DNA from: Lama guanicoe
Lineage: Eukaryota
DNA: 64,000 bases
Direction: 5' to 3'
Assembly: GCA_013239625.1 (NCBI GenBank)
Contig: MU053557.1
Span: forward strand, 5,405,842-5,469,841
Shown: in pieces, positions 51,211 to 61,900 of the stretch
Position numbering within the stretch: the stretch's first letter is position 1
How the letters are laid out: every line of letters starts with the position of its first letter
Position numbers and translations under genes: made by a program
The notes under the pieces: model-generated
Told to the model about the DNA's origin: nothing
The model's database searches: none
What the model saw: only the letters and a program-made list of their open reading frames with translations

Positions 51211-52839
51211 CTTAGCAATAAAACTATGCTTTGAGCAGCTCCACCAGATAAAAGTTGGCCAGTGGGTTCCTGAGCCCACCAGCCCCTCTCCTGGGCCCAG
51301 AGGTGGGGTGACAGGGCCTGTGGGCTGGGCCTTCACTGGCAGCCTTGCTAGAACAGAGAGGAGCTAGAGCCTCATCTCCCATCTAGTTCCCCACCCCCTC
51401 AACCCCCCACCAGCCACCAAGGTTGAAGGGGAGGACCCTGGGTTGGAGGTCAGGAAACACATGAGCCTGGGTTTATACCACTACCAGGCAGGATGGCTGT
51501 CAGCAAGTGCACCTTTCTGAGCCTCAATTTTCCCCATCTATGAAACGGGTGTGATGGACCCTCACTTACTCACCAGAAAGGGTGGGAGTGAGTGCTGGAT
51601 GCCTGAGGGTGTCTTTGTTACCTCTGTTTAAAATCTCTCAGGCTGAAGTTTGGGTGGGTAGGGAGTCTCATCCCCCTACTTCAGGCTGTGATCTTCTGGG
51701 CATTTTTTACCTTGGGCCATCCAGCCCCAGCCCAGGGCTCTCAGGGACCTGCCCTCACCATGGTCCGGGCCCTCCCTTCCAAGAAATACAAGTAGATGAG
51801 TGGTCTGCTGTTTGAGCATCTGCTGCCAGTGCCTAGAACCTCATAGCAGGCTCTGTGGACCCTAAATCTGGTGGCGTGAGGAGCTGTGCACTAGAGCAGG
51901 AGCAAGCGCTCTAGGCCCAGTGACATGGCCTTGGGCAAGTTCACGCCTGCCTGGGGCTTCAGTGACCCTGACTGCACAGGGAGGTTGGACTAGAAGGACT
52001 CACAAGGCCACTCTTTGGACCTCTGGCTGCCGTATAACCATCCTGACCCTCGGTCTCTTCATCTATAAAGTTGGAGGAGACTAAGCTCCTATGACCCCTT
52101 CTGGCTTTAGCCTAGTGAACCCAGTGGGGCTACGGGTTCAGAGCTCTGCTGGGTTCCAGTGGTGGTGACATTAAGCAAAACTGTTTTTGAGCCGGCGTTG
52201 AATTTTCTAGGTCAAGGAGGGGCCCCATCTGGAGCCAAGGCCTTAGCAGCCACTCCCTTGTCCCTCTCCTGGGCTAGGCCTGGCTGAGGGCCGAGGCTGT
52301 CCCGTGCTATGTCGGGCAATGGGCTGAGGTCAGTGGATGTGGAAGAGTCCAGTGTGGTTCTGCTGCTCTGGCAGGAAACCCAAGGAAAACAGCCCAGGAA
52401 CATCTGCTGTCTCCTGTTCTCCACAAACCATTTGGCTCCTGGGGAGCCCAGTGGCGGTCCTGCCAAGCAGCGTGGGCTGGTACATAGTTAGGGGTGGGGG
52501 TAGTTAGCACAGGGGTGCTGAAGGACCAGCAGAGCCAGAGCTGGGACTAGGAGAGTGAAGGTCAGGCTGTTGTGGGGGTGAAGTGGGATGGGGTTCATGG
52601 TTACTCAGACCTGCCACGCCCTGGTGGGACACATGGGTGGGTCTAAAAGTGCCTGCGCGTGCCTCCTGTTTATAGCCACGTGCTCGGCTTCTTACCAAAG
52701 GAAACTGGTGTTTAGTCAGGCCCCCACACTAGCGCAAGCCAAGCATGACTCTTAATATTCTCTCCAGACAGACCTCTGATCCCAGCCCGAAAGCGATTCT
52801 GATATTAACCCCAGTCGGTCCTCAAATCTAGTTCCTGGC

Positions 52840-53466
52840 CCCAGGCTGAGCCCTGTGTGGAAGCCAAGCCACCGCCTTCTCTCTCCTGGGTTATGGCAGG
52901 TCTCCCTGCTTTTCCTTCTTCTCGCCAGTCTGTTCCCCATGCAGTAGCCAGAACAATCCTAAAACTGACATCAGACCTTATGGCTCCTATCCCAGGCAGA
53001 GTAAAACTCAGACCTCTTTCCATGGCCCGGAGGCCCTGCATGACCTGCCCCCTCCCCTTGCTCACTGCCCCCACCAGCCCCCTCCCCCACCCCAGGCACC
53101 AGCCTCCTCAGAGCAGGCATACATTCCTACCACAGGGCCCTTGCACCTGATAGTCCCTCCACCTGCAGACCTCTTTTCCAGACAGCTGCATGGCCCTATC
53201 CCTCACCTCCTTTAAATCTTTGCTTAAATACTGCTTCAAGGTAAGACCATCATAGGTCTTAGATCATAGATCACTCTATTTAAAATCACAACCTCTCTCC
53301 TCCCTAAATTCCCAGTCCTCCTTCCCTTTCTCTGAAATATTTATCATCAATTAACGTAGCAAATAATTTCTATATTTATTTTTGCCCATCTCCCTCCAAG
53401 GGCAGATTTTTTTTCTCACTGTGCTTGGCCCACAGCAGGAGCTCAGTAAATATTTGTGGGCTGAGC
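52840..53466 (+). mobile_element. L2 fragment
   Basis: cagagtaaaactcagacc...cacagggcccttgcac...cagcaggagctcagtaaatatttgt. Confidence 0.6.
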
Positions 53467-54344
53467 AAAGTACTCCTGCTCTATGCCTGGGCACAGGCTG
53501 GCGTGTGGATGGCCCCAGGCAGACCAGCCCCCAGCTCCTGGAGCAGCTCGAACTCATGGCTTGGTGTCTAGAACCAAGGCCTTTTGAGGAACCTGACAGG
53601 TCCTGGGGAACCACCAGCAGCCCCAGTCCTTTTTTGTTTGATTTTGGGGCCAGCAACCTCCAGGATCGGACAGGAATTGAGGTGCATACACCACCCCAGG
53701 ACAGTTCCTGCAAGCTTCCTGCCCGCCTCTGCCTGTGGCGGCCCTTCCTGCTCTCCTCGTGCACAGGAGAGAGAAGCAGCTGATGTCTCGTTAGCCTCAG
53801 TCTACCCTTGCCTGCCAGGTGATCCTGCAAGTCTCTGGTGCTCATGTGTGTGGTCTGAGGGCCACTGAATCAGAACCACCTGGGGAGCTCATGAAAAATG
53901 CAGATTTCACCCCAGAGCGTTCTGCTTCGCATGCACAGTGACGCCCTGGAATCTATTTTTCGCAAGCTCCCCGAGGGTCTGTTGCGCAGCTGCACCTGGG
54001 GATCGTTGCCTGAAAGCTGGCGGGGTTGGAAATCAGAGTAAGGCTCTGGGTCAGGAGACCTGGACTGACACCCCGACTCCACCAGTGGCTTTCTGGGTAA
54101 CCCTGGGCAAGTTGCTTCCCCTCTCTGAGCCTTAGGCCCCCCACCCCCACCCCAATGGGCATGAGAGCAGCGCTCGCCTCCCAGGTTGGGAGTCCCCAAG
54201 CCTGAGCCTGAGGGAATGCTTGTTACTCACTTAAGGTCCTTCTTGGGGGGGGCCTGGACTACTCTTCCTCCTGGGTGCCCTACTATGGCCTTTTGCAAGC
54301 TCCCCTCCCTACTCACCGCTCCTCCTGGCTCCTCTGCTTCTCAG

Positions 54345-54490
54345 GTAAGACCCGGACCAAGGACAAATACCGCGTGGTCTACACCGACCACCAGCGCCTG
54401 GAGCTTGAGAAGGAATTCCACTATAGCCGGTATATCACCATCCGGCGGAAGTCGGAGCTGGCCGCCAATCTGGGCCTTACTGAACGCCAG
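54345..54490 (+). CDS. CDX1: CDX1 exon 2 (homeodomain helices 1-2: [48 protein letters not shown])
   Basis: ORF 54275..54574; ttctcag| acceptor, |gtgtgt donor; 146 nt. Confidence 0.98.
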
Positions 54491-54897
54491 GTGTGTAGGA
54501 CCCTCACCTCATCCACAGAGCAGTACTGGGAGTCTGGCCTCCAGGCTGCCAGGCAGATTGTGGAGCTCGGTTAGGGGAGGAGAACAGAGAGGTTGAGTCT
54601 CCTGGCCATGTCACACAACACAACAGAAACTGAGCTCCTGCCAAATCCCATCTAGCCCCCAACCCCGTGCCTCCCCGCCCTGGCCAATAAAACCCAGTAT
54701 CCCTGACCACCAATAAGAGGATAGGGGACCTGATTAGCTATAGGCTACAGCAGGCTTTGATCAACGCTGGTTAAATCCAGAGGAAGGAACAGTCAGGGAG
54801 AACAGGGAAGGCTTCCTGGAGGAGGGGTGTCAGAACATGGCTTTGGAAGACGGGGAGGAAGAGGGTTATAGAGAAAGTTGTCTTAAGAGTAGGGGAG

Positions 54898-55010
54898 GTG
54901 GGGAAGGTACAGCTCAGTGGTAGAGTGCATGCGTAGCATGCACGAGGTTCTGGGTTCGATCCCCAGTATCTCAAATAAATAAAACTAATTACCGCCCCCC
55001 CCCCGAAAAA
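54898..55010 (+). mobile_element. tRNA-derived SINE, Vic-1-like, in CDX1 intron 2
   Basis: gggaaggtacagctcagtggtagagtgcatgcgtagcatgcacgaggttctgggttcgatccccagt...aataaataaaactaattacc; degenerate TSD aagagtag(gg/aa)gag at 54885-54897 and 55011-55023. Confidence 0.85.
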
Positions 55011-55201
55011 AAGAGTAGAAGAGCAAGTTCTAGAGGGGGAGAATGGGTTCAAAGTCCATTCCAGTCAGGGTAGCTGGAGCAGGAGCGAGGCCCCAAACGC
55101 CACATCGGAAAATAAGAGCTTCACTGTCCCCTGGGTCTTCCTTTTCCTCTGTCATTTGGTCTCCGCAACACCTACTCCATCTCTGTCCTCTGATCCCACA
55201 G

Positions 55202-55261
55202 GTGAAGATCTGGTTCCAAAACCGGCGGGCAAAGGAGCGCAAAGTGAACAAGAAGAAGCAA

Positions 55262-55296
<35 letters not shown>

Positions 55297-55432
55297 CCCA
55301 CAGCCACCCCCGCCGGCCCATGATGTCACCCCAACTCCAGCTGGGCCGTCCCTGGGGGCCCTGTGCCCCAGCTCCGCCAGCCTCCTGGGCACCTCCTCCC
55401 CGATGCCTGTCAAGGAGGAGTATCTTTCATAG
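55202..55432 (+). CDS. CDX1: CDX1 exon 3 coding ([14 protein letters not shown]..., poly-Q, ...VKEEYLS*)
   Basis: ORF 55043..55432; cccacag| acceptor; stop TAG at 55430-55432; total CDS 822 nt = 273 aa. Confidence 0.98.
55259..55294 (+). repeat. (CAA)2(CAG)10 coding microsatellite, Q12 in CDX1
   Basis: Counted directly. Confidence 0.95.
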
Positions 55433-56213
55433 CCCCCCAACTAGCTTTGCAGGCTGGGGGCCTCGGGGACTCAGGTGCTGGGAACGTGGCTCCTGTTGGG
55501 ACTCAGGAGGCCTGGTCTGAGTCCCAGCCTTGCCACTGACCTTCTGAGTAACCCTGGACAAATCACCCACCCAGCCCCTGCATCCCCTGGGCCCGTCCAT
55601 GCAGTGAGCTTGTTGGATAAGGACCTTTTCCAGCTGCGGTGCTCTAGGCCTCAGGGGGATAGGGAACCTGGGGTGGGAGGTCTCAATTCCCAGGGGGCTG
55701 AGTGAAGGAGCCAAGATAAATCACCAGGCCCTACCTCCTCCTCCATAGGCTCAAAGGTGGGAGGCTGCTATAGGGACAAGACTCCTGGAGAAAGAAAATG
55801 GAAGGCTTGCAGACCATGCCCTGAGTGGGGGGAGGGTGTCAGCTCACATCTGCCTTTTCCTGCAGCCTCACCTTTACCTGCCCCCATAATGACATGCCCT
55901 GAACCCTCCCCAGGTGGGATGCAAAGCACACAGCCTGCAGGACTGGACCTGAGCAATAGGCTCTGATGACCATCCCTTCTGGGTAGCAGAGCCATGTCCC
56001 CTCACTAGCATTCTTAGTGGGGGCTCCAGACTGGGGAGAGGCCCCGGAAGGGGGGCAGGGGGCAAAGTCCACTCTGCCAAGTTTCTACCACCCCACCAGG
56101 CTGTTCCTGAGGGCCCAGGCCCCAGGGAGCCCCCAAAGGACTTTCTGGACCAAGCAGACCTCACAGCTAGGCAAGTGTTACACAGAGTGGAATCTCTTGG
56201 ATGCAGCTTCAAG

Positions 56214-56219
56214 AATAAA
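56214..56219 (+). terminator. CDX1 polyadenylation signal AATAAA
   Basis: AATAAA about 780 nt after the stop, followed by a T-rich tract and a shift to AT-rich sequence. Confidence 0.75.
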
Positions 56220-59200
56220 TTTTTTTCCTCTTTTTAAAAATGTATAAAAATCATTATACATAGCATGAAAAGAAAATGTTAAAGAAGTGTAAATCATCCT
56301 TACCCTTCTCAACAACTGCATAGTCCCTTCCGGTCTCTGTAGGCCCTTTAACAAGGTCACCTTTAAAATACATTTGAAAGATCAAAACAGGACACAGTTA
56401 GAGTGAGTTTATGAGACTGTAAAATTTTAAGTTCATTTTGTAAGCAGAATCATCAGCTTCAATCTATCAGTCTTTTGACTTTTTCAAATACTTTCAACTC
56501 AGCTTTTTCTTTAAACAGATGACATCTGCTGGGCACTCCATGTCCCAGGCATGGCTGGGCCTGGGGAATGCACAGACCTTGCCCCTCAGAAGTTCCCAGT
56601 CTGAGCTTTAGATATCAGGGGGGCAGAGCACCCAGGGAGTCCAGAGTGAGCTCCCAGCTTATCCTGGAGAATCTGGAAGGCTTCCTGGAGGAGGTGATGT
56701 TTGAACTGAGGCCTAAAAGACTAATGGTTGCTGTCAGGTTAAGAAAGAGGAATGATAAAATAGATTACAAGCACTATGAACTTAAAGTATAATTTTTAAA
56801 ATCTCCTGAGAAAAGCTGCTATTTTCAACTCCTGTCCAGAGGCGGGCAGGAGTCTGCTACTGGGGGCTTTCACTCCCTAGAGGGCTCTGGTGCCAGCTGC
56901 CTGCCCCTCTGTTTACTGTTCTGGGAGGTGGCCCAGCCATAAAAAGTGTGTGCAGCCTGCCTGCCTGCCCTTTGCTCCTGGGGCACATGACAGCAGTGCA
57001 CAAGGTGGATCCAGTCCCCACTCGAGCCCCTGAAGAGCAAAGGCTCTTCTTTCTCCTCCTGTAGGTGGCCTGGGAGACATCATGGCTGCACTGAGGATGG
57101 TGGGCATGGGAACGAGGTAGTATCCGGGAAAAGAACCAGGATTCCAGGAGCAGAGGATGAGGGTTGGGAGCAAGGTGGCTGGCAGTGAATGAATATAGTT
57201 TTCTGATCTTTAAAAACATTTGCTGTGTGCCCCTGGGTTAATTACTTCCCCTCTCCGAGCTTCATTTCCCCCTCTGGAAAGCTGGGGAGCTTGTTTACCA
57301 AGAAGAAATGGATCTGGTCAACTAAGTCCTACAGATTCAACCCTAGTGGGAGAGTCACAGCGTTGCATTAGCACATCAAAGGCTCTGACAAGTCCCACAG
57401 CAAAGAAACCCCTTGAATTTTCTTTAATCCAGCATTCCCCATACTTCACTACCCAGGATTCCCCTACACCTACCAGAACCCCCACTGAACACTGTGCACT
57501 CTGGAGCGTGGGGATGCTGTGGGCTGGAGGGCCACGCTTCAGCTGTGACTCAGTGATCAGTAGCAGATTTGCTGTCACATGGCCTGGACTCCAGCTTGAT
57601 TTCTTCCAAGCTGTGAGACTTCAGGCAAGTTACTTAACTTCTCTGAGCCTCAGCTTTCCCATTTGTCAAATAGAAATGAAATACTCTAACCTGGCTCAGA
57701 ATTGTGTTTAGCACAGGGCCCAGCACACAGTAAGGGCTGTGTTGTAGCCACCTGCTCACAGGCTGCTGCATCCTAGTGTGAGATGCTGGCAGGCCTGACT
57801 GATGTTGTAACTACCCCCACCCCCAGTGCTGAGGACAGATGGTGGCTGGGAAGATCTGAGGCAGAACAAGCCTGTCACCAGCCACAGGAAGACCTCTGCC
57901 CAGTAGGAGGTCAGTAGCCAGGCCTGGCAGGCTGGGTGAGCTGCAGCTGCCACCTACACAGGCGGTCAGGGGTTTGGGTGGGGCCCCCAGGTTGGGTTGG
58001 CCATCACCTGTCAATTGGTGTTTGAGCTCCATGGAAAAGGAAACTTTTGTCTAAGACAACTTCCAAGCAGTGCCTTGGGCTGTCTTGTGAGGTAGTGCTT
58101 TCCCTGTCACGCAGAGAATCCCACCAGAGGATGGGTGCTATAATGGCTCAGGAAAGGGACCCCTGATGTCCTGTCAGACCCTGCAGCCACCCAATGCCAA
58201 GAGGTGTTCCAGCTTTCCTATCAGGGATGGCCAATGCTGCTTCAGCTTTGCACATAGTGATATTAGGCTTCCCCTCTGCTGGGTGACAGGTCCTGCACTG
58301 GTGCTGGTGACCAGGGCTCCAGGCAAAAGTTAGATCTGGCCTGGCCTGGCTGTGGAAGGCCCGGGCCTGGTCATGGTCTCTAGCTAATCAGAAATATGCA
58401 CATCCGCCCTATGTTTCTATAGACCTCTAAGACCGCGTTGAGAACTTGACTTGAGGAGCCAGTCCCACCACTGATTGCCAAGAGATTGGTGTGGGCTGAG
58501 CGGAGAGGGCCACAGCTCAAGGGAAGGCTGGGAGTGGAGCGTCCTCATAGAGGAAGTCTCCAGCAAGGAAAGCAGCCTGGCTGTGAGCGGATGAGATGCC
58601 CAGCCCATGGGATGCAGAACCTGGGAGCAGAGCAGGTGTAGGACAGGGCGGCTTTGGAGGGCAACCCCTGTCCCAGCGTGGCTGCTCCAGAACCACTTTC
58701 TCTGAATCACACCAGATGGACTCGCAGTCTGGAACCTCGTTTTTCACAGTCACCACTTGCTGGTGTAACAAAACACATGCTCTTCAGCGATAAAGTCTGA
58801 ACGTTTGAGCAAATTAAAAATGTTTATTTATATACATTTAAAAATAGCTCCCTATATAATAAAAGGAAGTACATTTTCATCTAACATTTTCTTTAAATTA
58901 GGACACATCTCTATTTCACTTCTGGTTTGATGTGAGACCAGGAGAAACAGAAAAGGTAGGGGGAGGGAAGGGGGAAAGGGAGATAGATTGAGTATTTATT
59001 GGATTTGGATTCTCAAGTAATTATTTTGCCAAGTGGTACCCAAACCTCCTCTGGGATGGGAGAGAGGGGATAGTGGTCAGCAATTGTCAAGTATGTTTGG
59101 TAGATAAACTCATGGCCAGTAATGTGATCATAAAACTGGGGCTTCAGAGAATAGACTGCCTTATGTGGACAGTGTCTTCTAAAAAATCTTCAGGGTTTGT

Positions 59201-61279
59201 TTGTTGTATGAAACACAGATTTTTCCAACAAGGGCTGTGGTAATGGGGGAGAGGATGGCAGAAAGGTGGGACAGGGAGAGCAGAGCCTAGGTAGGGTCAG
59301 AGTCCTAGATTCCAGGCTTCATCCTGCCTCTACTTCAAGAGTGATTTCACAATTCCTGCCTCCTCTGGGCCTCAGTTTCCCCAACTGAAAGGCATGGGAC
59401 TAGACCCATTTGCACTCACAGCCCCAGTGACTGCTGCTGATGTTCAGTGGTCACCCTATTATGTGTTTGAGAAAGGCTGAAGTCCCAGCCCCGTTCCCTT
59501 CCCCTTTCCTAGGGCTGGCTCCTTCCAGGGCTGGACCTGGGGGGAGCAGTTACTGCTGGGAAGAGGCCATAAAGAAGCTCATCTTCCAGGACTCCTGAGC
59601 CAATGCCTCACCTCTACTCTCTGTTCCCGTGGTTCTCTGTGCCTTCCATAGAGTCTAATGAAGCCTACCAGCCAATGGGAGGGAGTAGTTCAGCAAAGCT
59701 GCCACCTGTCCTGTAAGAGGTACAGTGACAGGCCCTGGGAGAGGGCAGGGGTGGGTCCTGCCTGGACCTCCTTGGATTCAGGAGCCACTGGCTTTTGCCT
59801 CTCTCCAGGAACAGCCCATGGCCCTCTTGGCTTTATCTCCAAAGCCCAGAGATTCAGTGCTGTGTGTCCTTGGGCACACAACTTCACTCCTCCAAGACAG
59901 TTTCCTCAGGTACAAAATGGGGATGCACAAACTTGTCTTTCCAGGCTGTTGGAAAGAACTAAAATTTAGATATTGGCTATGAGTTCATCTAAGACACACA
60001 GTAGGGCTCAATGGATGCCCCTTCCCTTCACAGTCATCGCCAAGGGGATCCTCCTGAGTCTGGAGAAACCCTGACCTGTTCTGTGAGGCCAGGCTTAAAG
60101 GGAGGAGAAGCTTGGTGGGACCTGGGGAGGAGAGGTGGGACTGGGACCTGGCCAGGCCCTTTACCCAAGCCCGTGCTCTGGTTTAAACCCTTCCTGCCTC
60201 CTGCTCCAGGGATGGAAGAGGCAGCAGTCACTCAACCTCACTCTCTCCAAAGGCCTCACCATGTTGGCTGATGGTAGGCAAGCCTATGAGTATCTGAACT
60301 GGGACACTTCCAAGAGTGAAAGGAGCATGACTTGTAATGTATATGCTGGGTCCACTAGCATATACTGGTTCAGTCCCACAAACCAGTGCACACAGTCACT
60401 AGCTAATAATTTCACATCCTAGCTGTGGGCTCACTGGACCCTCACAACACTCTGTGAGGTCAGCCAGGCCCAAACTGGCTGATGGCCCACTTTACAGATA
60501 TGAAATCATAACTTCCCAAGGTCATACTGCTGGTGGACAGAAATCCAGGTGCTCATAATCTAAGTCACAAACCATCACAACAACAGTCCCTCTTGCCCTG
60601 TCCCTTCTCCTTACCCAAACTTCCCTGTCTTGCTTTCTTCCCAAGCAAAGGAGGTGTGTTCAGGACCACTACTGGCCTGGAAGGTCCATGAGGCCTGACT
60701 CTGTCACTGGTGTTACTCATCAGCGCTGCAACCTTGAGTGAGAATTTAACCCCTCTGTGCTTCAGTTTCCTCCTCTGTAAAATAAGGATAATAACATCTC
60801 CAGGTCACTGTTGAGAAAGTAACATCCAGCGCAGGATCCGGCACAATTTAGCTGCTCAATAAATATTGGTGGTTTGAATAACTGAATAAATACCTGACTA
60901 TGGGCTGTTCATGTGATGGTAGGAGTGGGCAACCCACAATGGGTCAACAAATGTTAACTGAGCCCCAGCCAAGTGCCAGGTTCCTGTGCTAAATGTTTTC
61001 TGTCCCCTTGGATTCCTCACATCCTTAAGCAGAGGTAAGATTCTTGTCCCCATTTTCCAGATAAAGAAGCGGCAGCACAGGGAGTTTAAGTAACGCGGGA
61101 AGGGTTCTCCAGATAAAGAGGAAGCACAGGGATGCTGGAACCCAAGCAGGGGCTGTTAGTGCCCCTGTGCATGGCCTGCCTCCCTCACTGCCTCCCTGGA
61201 AAAACGGAGGCCCAGAGAGGGCAGGTTACTTCCCCAAGGTCACGCAGGAGACTGTGGGGGAGGCCTCCAGACCTCCGAG

Positions 61280-61900
61280 GGTTTCCGTCGCGGAACCCCC
61301 TCCCCACGCGCTCGGGCCCCTCCAATCCGCAGCTCTGCGTGCGGGGGCGCACATCCCCCGCCCCCCCTCCACTGTCCGTCAGTCAGCCCGTCCGTCTGGG
61401 TGTCTACGCGGCCGCAGCCGTGCACCCCTCCCCAGCCTCGGGCGCTGCGCACGGAGAGGCAGGGCGTTCGCAGCGCCCGGCCCGCGCCCCACGCCCGCAG
61501 CCGACAGACGGCAGCGCCTGCGCCCGTGGCCCCCGAGCCAGCGCGCGGGAGTCGCCGGGGCCAAGGAGCGGCGGCCGCCCGGCGGCACCGTCTCTTGCTC
61601 CTTCGTTCGCTCTCCGCGATCAGGAAAAGCCAAGCCCGGAAACCTCAGCAACCCGCCCTCCAAGATGAAGAAGCTCCAGGGAGCTCACCTCCGCAAGGTA
61701 GGACGCGAGGGCGGGGGCACACCCGAGGGAGGGGGTGCAGAAGCCCGCCCCCTGGAGACCCCTGGGAAGGCTGGAGAGGGCACCTGCTCCGGGCTCGGGG
61801 CTCTAGGGTAGGCCGGCTGAGCTGGATTGCAGGGAGGGGCGGGGTCACGGGCTGCGCGGGGTTGGGGGAGGCCTCCCCTGTCTGGGGGTCGGACGCGGGG
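61280..61900. other. CpG island / promoter of SLC6A7
   Basis: Dense CpGs surrounding the first coding exon; boundaries estimated by eye. Confidence 0.8.
61665..61697 (+). CDS. SLC6A7: SLC6A7 (sodium-dependent proline transporter, PROT) first coding exon MKKLQGAHLRK
   Basis: ccaagATGaag... followed by |gtagga donor. The peptide matches the recalled SLC6A7 N-terminus, and synteny downstream of CDX1 agrees. Confidence 0.9.
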
